From: Alphaproteobacteria bacterium
GTDB taxonomy: Bacteria; Pseudomonadota; Alphaproteobacteria; JAQWUY01
Length of the DNA: 63,436 nt
Direction of reading: 5' to 3'
Assembly: GCA_049615605.1 (NCBI GenBank)
Contig: JBMZFW010000001.1
Span: forward strand, 1-63,436
Below the pieces are notes generated by a model. It ran no database searches. It had not been told where the DNA came from and saw only the letters and a program-made list of their open reading frames with translations. Positions 29,487 to 37,679 of the stretch are shown in pieces (the stretch's first letter is position 1; each line of letters starts with the position of its first letter). Both the position numbers and the translations under genes were made by a program.

Positions 29487-30697
29487 TAGCAATCCTCAAC
29501 CCTTATAATATTACAATCAATACCAGATAAAGCATTATTGATTGTTTCTTCTTTTACATCGTTTGTAACAACAGCCTTATCATTTGATTTTTGAATTTCA
29601 ATTCCTGCACCTTCAAGGGCTTTTGTTACATCGGCTGTGTTATTACTTACATAATATCTGCCAATTCGTTCTGTTATTGGTAATATGTTAACAGATTTTA
29701 AATCTTTTGTAATGCCATTAAATGTTTGTGTGTAATTGCCTTTTAACGCATCACTAATATCGGCAATCACTGCACTTGCGGTTGCACCGCCACCTGCACC
29801 TGCACCAATATTTTCAATGGAACCAACCATATCACCAACAACAACGCAAGCATTTGTCACACCATTTATATTACCCATTGTTTTATATTTGCTTACTAAA
29901 CAAGGTGCCATATAAACAATATATCCATCATTCATTGGCTTTGCTGTACCAATTAACCTTGGAGCAAGACCAAGACCATCAGATATTTCAATATCATCAC
30001 CAGAAATAAAACCCATTATCCCTTCAAAATACATTTTATCATAAGGGATTTTAATACCAAAACCAATTGCCGACATAAGGGCTAGCTTTTGCCCCGCATC
30101 ATAACCATCAACATCAAAACTTGGTTCTGCTTCGGCGTATCCAAGTTCTTGTGCCTCTTTCAACACATCTTCAAATGAACGCCCTGTTTCTTTAACCGTT
30201 GTAAGGATATAATTACAAGTACCATTTAAAATACCATAGATTGCTTCAATTTTATTACCAATCATACCTTCGCGTAATGTTTTTACAATCGGTATACCAC
30301 CAGCAATTGATGCTTCAAATAAAATGTTGCTATTATTGTCTTCGGCTAGTTGCGATAATTCTTCGCCAAATGATGCAAGCATTGCTTTGTTTGCCGTAAT
30401 AACTGTTTTGCCTTTTTTAAGCGCACCCTTAACCGTATCAAGAATAAGATCAGATGTTCCGCCCATTACTTCAACCAAAATATCATAATCAGCCGTTTGC
30501 GCCATATCAACAGGGTTGTCATAGAATTGATAGTTTGATAAATCAATCCCGCGGTCTTTGTTTGACCTAGCCGAAACACCAATAATTTCATAATCGGCAT
30601 TAGTACGAGATTTAATAAGTTTGTGGTTATTAACAAGACCATTAATAACACTTATACCAACTGTACCAAGACCAGCAATTACAATTTTTTTATTCAC
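29486..30697 (-). CDS. hom: Homoserine dehydrogenase
   Basis: Listed ORF, 403 aa. N-terminal GLGTVG fold and the catalytic-domain signature around LNGTCNYILT. Confidence 0.93.
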   Translation of the reverse strand: MNKKIVIAGLGTVGISVINGLVNNHKLIKSRTNADYEIIGVSARSNKDRGIDLSNYQFYDNPVDMAQTADYDILVEVMGGTSDLILDTVKGALKKGKTVITANKAMLASFGEELSQLAEDNNSNILFEASIAGGIPIVKTLREGMIGNKIEAIYGILNGTCNYILTTVKETGRSFEDVLKEAQELGYAEAEPSFDVDGYDAGQKLALMSAIGFGIKIPYDKMYFEGIMGFISGDDIEISDGLGLAPRLIGTAKPMNDGYIVYMAPCLVSKYKTMGNINGVTNACVVVGDMVGSIENIGAGAGGGATASAVIADISDALKGNYTQTFNGITKDLKSVNILPITERIGRYYVSNNTADVTKALEGAGIEIQKSNDKAVVTNDVKEETINNALSGIDCNIIRVEDC

Positions 30698-30728
30698 TTT
30701 ATTTTTCCATGTATTTTATAATAGATAT

Positions 30729-31940
30729 TTAGTTGCGGATTATATTATTTTTGATGCTTTTTGGCAAGAATATATGATAGCTTCCTTTTGAATTCATACG
30801 CCCTGCATACTTTAAGGCTTCGTTTCCATAACCCCAGAAGAAATCACCCCTTATCCAGCCAACAATTGCCGAGCCAGTATCTTGTGTATTCATAAGCCTT
30901 TGTATGCGTGAATCTTTATCCCAATCCGCATCAAGCCATATATTTAACCCCATTGGAATTTTTTTGTAATCAACGGCTAATGACCTTTTTGCCGTTAAGC
31001 CAATTCCCATTTTACCAATTGGACCATCAGATGAACCAATATATTTAAAGAAAATATATCTTGAATTAACGGCTAATATTTTATCCGCCTTGTCTGTATT
31101 TGTGTTTAACCAGTTGCGAATACCATCCCAACTAGCCTGTGCCAATGTTAAGTGCCCTTGTTTAATTAATTCTTTGCCCATTGATTGGTATTTATGCCCA
31201 TTATTACCCGCATAGCCAAGTCTTACAACCTTGCCATTATCAAGTTTTATACGCCCCGATCCTTGAACATGTAATAAGAATATATCTGTTTTATCCGCAC
31301 CATAGGCAAGGATTGGTGCATTCATTTTCATTGCATCAATATTTCCCCTTTTGTAATAAGGGATAAATTTGTTGCCTTTTACCATTCCAACAAAGCTTTC
31401 TTTTACACCGATATCCGCCCAGTCTTTGGCATTCATAAATATCATATCTTTTGGCAAGCCATAAATTGGATATTTATATTTGTCTGTTTTTTCAAGGGAA
31501 CCGTTAAGTTCCGCCTCAAAATATCCAGTGAATTTACCAGTGTTATTGCCATCATCATCACGGACTTCATACACATCAAAGTTATTTTTTAACCAATCAA
31601 CAAAAGCTTTTTTATCATTAATACCTGTAAGTTCATTACAAGGTTTGTGCATATCACCGGCTGTCATTGGAATATGTTTTGTGCCGACTTTTTTATTTGC
31701 AGGTAATCTTAAAAATACCGAACAAGATTTTTTATTAACGGAAATAGCCCCCGCCATATCATCAGTATCAAAATTTGTTAACTTATCCATTGTTGTTGGA
31801 ACAAGGTTTGATTTAACATCAGGTTGTTTTGGTAATTCTTTTATTACTGTATCTGGTTTAAAGTATCTGTATAAAACCACCCCAGAAATAGATAAGATTA
31901 TAATTATTAATATTATTTTTTTTATTGGGGTTAATTTCAT
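30729..31940 (-). CDS. mltA: Murein transglycosylase A
   Basis: Listed ORF, 403 aa. MltA core (HVQGSGRIKL) and 3D domain (DTGSAI...GDFFWGYG). Confidence 0.9.
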   Translation of the reverse strand: MKLTPIKKIILIIIILSISGVVLYRYFKPDTVIKELPKQPDVKSNLVPTTMDKLTNFDTDDMAGAISVNKKSCSVFLRLPANKKVGTKHIPMTAGDMHKPCNELTGINDKKAFVDWLKNNFDVYEVRDDDGNNTGKFTGYFEAELNGSLEKTDKYKYPIYGLPKDMIFMNAKDWADIGVKESFVGMVKGNKFIPYYKRGNIDAMKMNAPILAYGADKTDIFLLHVQGSGRIKLDNGKVVRLGYAGNNGHKYQSMGKELIKQGHLTLAQASWDGIRNWLNTNTDKADKILAVNSRYIFFKYIGSSDGPIGKMGIGLTAKRSLAVDYKKIPMGLNIWLDADWDKDSRIQRLMNTQDTGSAIVGWIRGDFFWGYGNEALKYAGRMNSKGSYHIFLPKSIKNNIIRN

Positions 31941-32576
31941 TTAAGATGTTTCTTTCACATACCAGTTTGGTTCAGTTGATTTTTTATCACGACTAAATAC
32001 CCAATTATCAGTAATTCGCACTACATCACCTGGGTGACCTTCAATAACACGGTTTTCACTGTCAAACAGTGCGTTTATTTGGTCAGTTGTGAATTCAACT
32101 TCTACTTCAATTTTTTGTGCTGTTGTTTTTACATCAACAACTTTAATGTCAATAAACGCAACAACTTCGTCTTTTGCGGTTATACCTTTTTTATTACGGG
32201 CATCAATTTCTTTGGCAAATACTTTGTAAGTACTTGAGGTTAACAATTCTTCTAATGCTTGTTTATTACCGCTTGCAAAATTTTCCACAGTATTTTTAAA
32301 ACAGTGTGAAGCACCATTGATAAAGTTATCAATACTTAATTCAGGCATAGCCTTTTGCAATTGATTAATTGCTTTATTACCAGTTTTTTTAATTTTTACT
32401 GGTTCAATATCAATTACTTCTTCTTTTTTTGGCTCTTCTTTTGCTTGTGGTTGTTTTTTTGCATCGCGAGACATTTCGCTGAATGCATCCGTATTACCAC
32501 CTAAATCTTGCCCTATTACAGAAAACAGACGAAAGATTAAGAAAACAGCGACTAAACCTAAAAAAATTAAATCCAT
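31941..32576 (-). CDS. Tim44-like domain membrane protein
   Basis: Listed ORF 31941..32597 opens at TTG. ATG 32576 (MDLIFLGLVAVF...) is better placed after AAGGG. N-terminal TM segment plus C-terminal Tim44-like fold. Directly abuts mltA. Confidence 0.75.
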   Translation of the reverse strand: MDLIFLGLVAVFLIFRLFSVIGQDLGGNTDAFSEMSRDAKKQPQAKEEPKKEEVIDIEPVKIKKTGNKAINQLQKAMPELSIDNFINGASHCFKNTVENFASGNKQALEELLTSSTYKVFAKEIDARNKKGITAKDEVVAFIDIKVVDVKTTAQKIEVEVEFTTDQINALFDSENRVIEGHPGDVVRITDNWVFSRDKKSTEPNWYVKETS

Positions 32577-32702
32577 AACAAACCCTTGTAAAATCAAAAT
32601 TTATAATTATATGTAGTATAAAGTTTTTTAACGAAAATTATTGTTTTTTATCGTATAATAAAGTTAATATAACATAATTTAACTATTTTAAAAGGGATAA
32701 AA

Positions 32703-33308
32703 ATGCCAATATTACTATTATTTTTCATTTGGTTCATCGCTGAAATCGCTGGTTTTATATACATTGGCGGATACTTTGGTATCGGTGAAACAATCGTTGA
32801 AATAATCTTGTCGATTATAATCGGTTCTTGGATTATACGAAGGTCAATTGCTTCTGTGGGTAACATTGCATTAATTGCCAGTGTTGGTATTGGTTCGGTA
32901 ATAAGTAATGTTCTTGGCGGTATTTTACTTGTTATCCCTGGATTCCTTAGTGACTTTATGGGATTGTTATTATTACTTAACTTCCCTATTAATGTAATCT
33001 TATTAATTCTTGGTCTTGGTCGTAAACCAGACATCAATTCATTTATGCGCAACCGTATGGGTGGTATGGCTGGAATGGGCGGAATGGGGCAAAACCCATT
33101 TGGCGGTGGTCAAAACCCGTTTGCAGATATGCACAAACAACAAAACAATCAAGCGGGCGGGCAACCGAAAAACCCATTTGAAGGCAATCCAATTTTTGAA
33201 GAAATGCTTAAAAAGCAACAGCAAAACCAACAAATGAATAATGATACATCAGCCAAAGATACAATTATCGAAGGCGAAGTAATCAACAAAGACGATAAAG
33301 ATAAATAA
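32703..33308 (+). CDS. fxsA: FxsA-family membrane protein with a long Gly/Met/Gln/Asn-rich C-terminal tail
   Basis: Listed ORF, 201 aa. N-terminal FIAEIAGFIYIGGYFG signature. AAAGGGA RBS. Confidence 0.8.
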   Translation: MPILLLFFIWFIAEIAGFIYIGGYFGIGETIVEIILSIIIGSWIIRRSIASVGNIALIASVGIGSVISNVLGGILLVIPGFLSDFMGLLLLLNFPINVILLILGLGRKPDINSFMRNRMGGMAGMGGMGQNPFGGGQNPFADMHKQQNNQAGGQPKNPFEGNPIFEEMLKKQQQNQQMNNDTSAKDTIIEGEVINKDDKDK

Positions 33309-33312
33309 TCTT

Positions 33313-34350
33313 TTATGGGAAGTTTGGTTGTTGTTCTAAACCAGTTGTTTCTTCAAGTTCAAACATAATATTCATATTTTGAATTGCTTGACCAGACGAA
33401 CCTTTAACCAAGTTATCAATCGCACACATAACGATTGAACGGTTTGGAATACGATCTTCTTTCGCACCAATTACCGCAAGGTTTGAACCCTTTACCATAG
33501 AAGTCTTTGGCAGACCATCAATAAACCTTACAAATTTTTCACCTTTGTATGTATCAATCAATGCCTTTTCTAAGTCAGCGTGGCTTACGCCATCGTTTCT
33601 TTTGACATAGATTGTCACAAGTTCCCCACGGTTTAATGGGACAAGGTGTGGTGTAAAGTTTACAATAACATTACTACCAAATCTTTTTGATAATTCTTGT
33701 TCAATTTCTGGGGCGTGTCTATGACTTGCAACACCATAAGGGTTCATTTGTTCAGAAAGTTCACAGAATAAAGTACCCTGTTTTACCCCACGACCCGCAC
33801 CTGACACACCAGATTTTGCGTCAATAATAATATCTTCGCCAGAAATGATATTGTTTTTTGCAAGCGGAATTAATGATAATAATGTAGCCGTTGGATAACA
33901 ACCAGGACAAGCAACAACCCTTGCACCTTTTACATTATCCCTTGCGTGTTCAGTTAAACCATATACAGCTTCAGCTTGTACATCGGTTGCTGTATGAGCT
34001 CTGTCATACCATTGTTCATAAGTTTTTGTATCTTCAATACGAAAATCAGCCGATAAATCAACAACCTTAACATTGGTTGGGATTTGTTTAACCAAGTCTT
34101 GGCTATGCCCGTGTGGTAAACCACAGAACACAACATCACACTTTGAAAAGTCTGCATCTTCGTTGCTTGTTGTCTTTGGCAGGTTTAAATGAGAAAGGTG
34201 TGGATAAATATCCCCGTATTCCTTACCCGCATTTGAACCAGCCGTTAATACAGTGATTTCAGTGTTTGGGTGAACACTTAATAAACGAACCAAGTCCGCA
34301 CCTGTATAACCAGATGCACCCAAGATACCAACTTTAATCTTTTTAGACAT
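33313..34350 (-). CDS. argC: N-acetyl-gamma-glutamyl-phosphate reductase
   Basis: Listed ORF, 345 aa. GASGYTG fold and catalytic Cys context ACPGCYPT. Confidence 0.95.
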   Translation of the reverse strand: MSKKIKVGILGASGYTGADLVRLLSVHPNTEITVLTAGSNAGKEYGDIYPHLSHLNLPKTTSNEDADFSKCDVVFCGLPHGHSQDLVKQIPTNVKVVDLSADFRIEDTKTYEQWYDRAHTATDVQAEAVYGLTEHARDNVKGARVVACPGCYPTATLLSLIPLAKNNIISGEDIIIDAKSGVSGAGRGVKQGTLFCELSEQMNPYGVASHRHAPEIEQELSKRFGSNVIVNFTPHLVPLNRGELVTIYVKRNDGVSHADLEKALIDTYKGEKFVRFIDGLPKTSMVKGSNLAVIGAKEDRIPNRSIVMCAIDNLVKGSSGQAIQNMNIMFELEETTGLEQQPNFP

Positions 34351-34421
34351 AATATTTCCCTTAATCTTTTGTTAATTAAATTTAACACACAAATAAAAAA
34401 ATACAATTATTAAAAAAGTGC

Positions 34422-34476
34422 TTGACTTATAAATAGAACAGATGTAGAACATAGTATATAGAACAAAAACAGAACA
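34422..34476 (+). promoter_or_regulatory. Promoter overlaid by four phased (T/C)AGAACA direct repeats, i.e. two GAAC-N7-GAAC boxes
   Basis: The -35 is TTGACT at 34422-34427. After 17 nt comes TAGAAC at 34445-34450 as a putative -10. GAAC-N7-GAAC occurs at 34436-34450 and 34461-34475. The repeats start at 34434, 34445, 34459 and 34470. Confidence 0.55.
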
Positions 34477-34500
34477 TTAATATTTGAAAGGTAAGTTAAT

Positions 34501-34671
34501 ATGAAAATACGATATGAAGTAATTGGTCTAGTAATAATGTTTATTGCGGTGTTTTTAGCATCTGTGTCAATTGGTGTAATCATTGATGATATGGTTGTTG
34601 CCAGTATGCCTATTTTATTATTCTGGCTTTATGTAATGAACAATACTTTTAAAAATATGGAAGAGTTTTAA
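34501..34671 (+). CDS. Unannotated micro-ORF: 56-aa hydrophobic peptide with two predicted membrane segments
   Basis: ATG is 9 nt after GAAAGG. Translation: MKIRYEVIGLVIMFIAVFLASVSIGVIIDDMVVASMPILLFWLYVMNNTFKNMEEF. It falls below the ORF-track length cutoff. No family recognised. Confidence 0.45.
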   Translation: MKIRYEVIGLVIMFIAVFLASVSIGVIIDDMVVASMPILLFWLYVMNNTFKNMEEF

Positions 34672-34694
34672 TTTAAATAAAGGAGTCTATGGAT

Positions 34695-34784
34695 ATGAGT
34701 AAAATTTTCACAACACAAAATATTCACGAATTTAATACAGAACAAGGTGTGGTTATCCACTGTCCTTGGGTATTTGATGAATAA
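34695..34784 (+). CDS. Unannotated micro-ORF: 29-aa peptide (31 aa if started at ATG 34689)
   Basis: AAGGAG at 34680-34685 lies 9 nt before ATG 34695. Translation: MSKIFTTQNIHEFNTEQGVVIHCPWVFDE. No family recognised. Confidence 0.35.
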   Translation: MSKIFTTQNIHEFNTEQGVVIHCPWVFDE

Positions 34785-34824
34785 GGTTTTATTGCTATTA
34801 CCTTCAACAGCCCTTAATGGCAAT

Positions 34825-34864
34825 AAAAAAGGCGGTGTGTTTTAAAACACCCGCCTATTTATTT
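34825..34864. terminator. Bidirectional intrinsic terminator
   Basis: GGCGGTGTGTTTT / AAAACACCCGCC stem with one bulge. It is flanked by A6 upstream and TATTTATTT downstream, so a T-run follows on both strands. Confidence 0.7.
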
Positions 34865-34866
34865 AA

Positions 34867-34884
34867 GGGGCTTTGCCCCATTCG
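34867..34884. repeat. GGGGCTNTGCCCCATTCG motif, copy 2
   Basis: GGGGCTTTGCCCCATTCG. As at 26294, it is preceded by CGCCT plus a T-rich stretch. Confidence 0.6.
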
Positions 34885-34912
34885 CCCTGCCCTTAGCATA
34901 AAAATAATATTT

Positions 34913-34943
34913 GTTTTAATTCGGTTAGAATCAAAAAAGCCAA
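34913..34943. repeat. 31-nt terminator-associated module, copy 1
   Basis: GTTTTAATTCGGTTAGAATCAAAAAAGCCAA matches 41214-41244 at 28 of 31 positions. The three mismatches are contiguous. Confidence 0.7.
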
Positions 34944-34960
34944 CCCATTCGGGTTGGCTT
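34933..34960 (-). terminator. Intrinsic terminator after rpsI
   Basis: AGCCAACCC-ATTC-GGGTTGGCT stem. On the minus strand it is followed by T6. It lies 33 nt after the rpsI stop. Confidence 0.8.
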
Positions 34961-34992
34961 TTCTTTTTGGTGTAAACCAGTTAAAACGAATA

Positions 34993-35472
34993 TTAACGTT
35001 TTGAGAACTGGAATGAACGACGAGCTTTCGCGCGACCGTATTTCTTTCTTTCAACCACACGGGCGTCACGTGTAAGGAAACCACCTGATTTCAATACTGG
35101 ACGAAGTGTTGGTTCAAAGTTTACTAATGCTCTTGAAATACCGTGTTGGATTGCACCGGCTTGACCTGAAAGACCACCACCTTTTGCTGTACATACAACA
35201 TCAAATTGACCCGCTCTGTCAGATTTTTCAAATGGTTGGTTAAGAACCATTCTTAATACTGGGCGACCAAAGTATTTTTCAATTTCTTTGCCGTTTACGA
35301 TTACTTTACCAGAACCTGGCTTAATCCATACACGCGCAACAGATTCTTTACGACGACCCGTTGCATACGCACGACCCTGTTCGTCAAGTTTCTGTACCGC
35401 AGGAGTAGCAGTTTCAACAGCTTCTGATTTTACTTCGTTTAAGTCCGCTAATGTTTTTTTATCTTCTGTCAT
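34993..35472 (-). CDS. rpsI: 30S ribosomal protein S9
   Basis: Listed ORF, 159 aa. C-terminal ...[17 protein letters not shown]. Confidence 0.97.
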   Translation of the reverse strand: MTEDKKTLADLNEVKSEAVETATPAVQKLDEQGRAYATGRRKESVARVWIKPGSGKVIVNGKEIEKYFGRPVLRMVLNQPFEKSDRAGQFDVVCTAKGGGLSGQAGAIQHGISRALVNFEPTLRPVLKSGGFLTRDARVVERKKYGRAKARRSFQFSKR

Positions 35473-35474
35473 AA

Positions 35475-35939
35475 TTAGCCTCTTTTCACATTCTTAGGAT
35501 TTTGTTTTGCAAGGTCAAGCACAGTTGGTTTTTGTGCTTCATAAGGGTGCTCAGAACCAACAACAACACGAAGGTTGCGTAATTGCTGACGACCTAATGG
35601 ACCATTCGGGATCATTCTTTCAATCGCTTTCTTGATTACGCGATCTGGGTGATCACCGTCAAGTAATTGACCTGCTGTACGAGATTTAATACCACCTGGG
35701 TGACCAGTGTGCCAGTAATAAACTTTATCTTTTAATTTATTACCAGTTAAATATACTTTTTCAGCATTGATAATGATTACATTGTCACCACAATCAACGT
35801 GTGGTGTGTAAGTTGCTTTGTTCTTACCGCGTAAGATTTTTGCAACTTCTGTTGCCATACGACCTAGTACAAGATCAGTAGCATCAACAATGTACCAAGT
35901 TTTTTGTACTTCACTTGGTTTGATAGAAATTGTTTTCAT
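35475..35939 (-). CDS. rplM: 50S ribosomal protein L13
   Basis: Listed ORF 35475..35954. The internal ATG ([11 protein letters not shown]...) gives the usual L13 N-terminus and about 154 aa. The start is uncertain by 15 nt. Confidence 0.95.
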   Translation of the reverse strand: MKTISIKPSEVQKTWYIVDATDLVLGRMATEVAKILRGKNKATYTPHVDCGDNVIIINAEKVYLTGNKLKDKVYYWHTGHPGGIKSRTAGQLLDGDHPDRVIKKAIERMIPNGPLGRQQLRNLRVVVGSEHPYEAQKPTVLDLAKQNPKNVKRG

Positions 35940-35995
35940 TGTATTTTCTTTCATTGTTTAAGTGTTAAAACATATACTTTTATTAAGTAGATGTA

Positions 35996-36024
35996 TTTAT
36001 ATTACCTTAAACATACAAAGTCAA
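35996..36024 (-). promoter_or_regulatory. Sigma-70-like promoter for rplM-rpsI
   Basis: Minus strand reads TTGACT, 17 nt, TATAAA. Confidence 0.5.
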
Positions 36025-36112
36025 CACAAATTAATAACAAATAACCCTTATAAAACAAGGGCTTAAATATACAGGTATTATAATACCTATGTTTTTAGGG
36101 GTGTTTTTTCGG

Positions 36113-37303
36113 TTATTTTAACGCTTGGACGAAGTCTTCTTTTAAATCTTCAACATCTTCAAGACCAACGCTCATACGAACGAAGTTTTCCGTAATACCA
36201 ACAGATTGACGTTCTTCTTCCGTTAGTTTTGAATGCGTTGTTGAACCTGTGTGGATAATTAAGCTTTTTGCATCGCCTAAGTTATTTGATAAATCAATAA
36301 TGTTTAATTTATCAAGAATTTCATAAGTGCGTTTTTTATCACCTTTGAAATATATACCTAGCAATGTGCCAAAGTTATTCATTTGTTTCTTCGCAAGTTC
36401 GTGTTGTGGGTGTGATGTTAAACCTGGATAGATAACCTTTTCCACACCGTCCAGTGTTTCAAGGAATTTAGCAAGTTCAATAGCATTTTCACATTGTTTG
36501 TTAATACGAAGTGATAATGTTTCCAATCCTTTAATCATATTCCACGCATTAAATGGTGATAACGATGGACCAGTATTCCTTATATATGGGAATAATACTT
36601 CATCAAACCATTCCGTGTTGTTGGTAAGAACCGCACCTGCAAGGCAACGACCCTGTCCATCAATGTGTTTAGTTGTTGAATAAATCACAACATCAGCCCC
36701 TTGTTCCAGAACCTTTTGACCAATTGGTGTGGCAAATACATTATCAGCAAATACAAATGCACCCGCTTTTTTTGCAAGTTTACAAACCGCAACAACATCA
36801 ATTAATTGTAATGTTGGATTACTTGGCGTTTCAAACACAACCGCATCTGTTGGTTTTGATAAAGCTTGTTCCCAAGCGGACAAATCAGTCCCCTCAACCA
36901 GTTCAACTTCTACACCTAATCTAGGAAGCAAAGTATTTACAACCCAAAAACAATTGCCAAACAATGCTTTTGATGCAACCAATCTGTCCCCTGGTGATAA
37001 ATGTGATTGAAGTGCCGATGAAAATGCCGCCATACCAGATGACACACCCGCACAGTGTTTTGCACCTTCAACTGCACACATTCTTTCTTCAAACATTGTG
37101 TTTGTTGGATTTGAATAACGACCATACATATAACGATTTAAATCACCATTAAATGCGTCTTCTGCGTCTTGTGATTTGTCATATACGAAACCAGATGTAA
37201 GGTATAACGCCTCACTTGTTTCATCAAACTGTGATCGTTCTTGACCTGCACGGACTTGTAGTGTTGCTGGTCTTGCTTTTGATAAATCTTTTTTCTTTGC
37301 CAT
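36113..37303 (-). CDS. metZ: O-succinylhomoserine sulfhydrylase (Cys/Met-metabolism PLP enzyme)
   Basis: Listed ORF 36113..37354. PLP-lysine context STTKHIDGQGR is typical of MetZ. ATG 37303 (MAKKKDLSKARP...) lies 4 nt after the upstream rhodanese stop and removes the overlap. Confidence 0.82.
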   Translation of the reverse strand: MAKKKDLSKARPATLQVRAGQERSQFDETSEALYLTSGFVYDKSQDAEDAFNGDLNRYMYGRYSNPTNTMFEERMCAVEGAKHCAGVSSGMAAFSSALQSHLSPGDRLVASKALFGNCFWVVNTLLPRLGVEVELVEGTDLSAWEQALSKPTDAVVFETPSNPTLQLIDVVAVCKLAKKAGAFVFADNVFATPIGQKVLEQGADVVIYSTTKHIDGQGRCLAGAVLTNNTEWFDEVLFPYIRNTGPSLSPFNAWNMIKGLETLSLRINKQCENAIELAKFLETLDGVEKVIYPGLTSHPQHELAKKQMNNFGTLLGIYFKGDKKRTYEILDKLNIIDLSNNLGDAKSLIIHTGSTTHSKLTEEERQSVGITENFVRMSVGLEDVEDLKEDFVQALK

Positions 37304-37307
37304 TTTT

Positions 37308-37673
37308 TTAACTTTCATAATCCATTGTTGGGTGACCTGATTCAATCCAATCAATCATTCCACCTAATACATTATAACATTTATAACCTTTTTCATCAGC
37401 CATCGTTGAACTTATTTGCGACCTTCTGCCTGAACGACAAACAAAGTAAACCGTTGTATCTTTGTCAACGGAAGCTTCAAAATCCGCCAAAAAGTTTTCA
37501 TTTGGTAACATTTCTGGTGGATAAACAATCGTATTTGCCAATGTTTCCGTATCGGCAACGCTTGGAATACCAGTCCCACGCCATTCGGCTTCTGTCCTTA
37601 CATCAACAATAACAGATTTTTCATCAGATTTTATATTTTTCAACATATCGTCAATTGTTATATCAGTCCACAT
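37308..37673 (-). CDS. Single-domain rhodanese-like sulfurtransferase
   Basis: Listed ORF, 121 aa. Active-site loop CRSGRRS. Confidence 0.8.
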   Translation of the reverse strand: MWTDITIDDMLKNIKSDEKSVIVDVRTEAEWRGTGIPSVADTETLANTIVYPPEMLPNENFLADFEASVDKDTTVYFVCRSGRRSQISSTMADEKGYKCYNVLGGMIDWIESGHPTMDYES

Positions 37674-37679
37674 AGGTTC

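Noticed and set aside
32648-33052. Listed 134-aa minus-strand ORF opposite fxsA
   Set aside because: It is antisense to a well-supported FxsA-family gene. Its translation is low-complexity Ile/Asn/Pro-rich with no start context.
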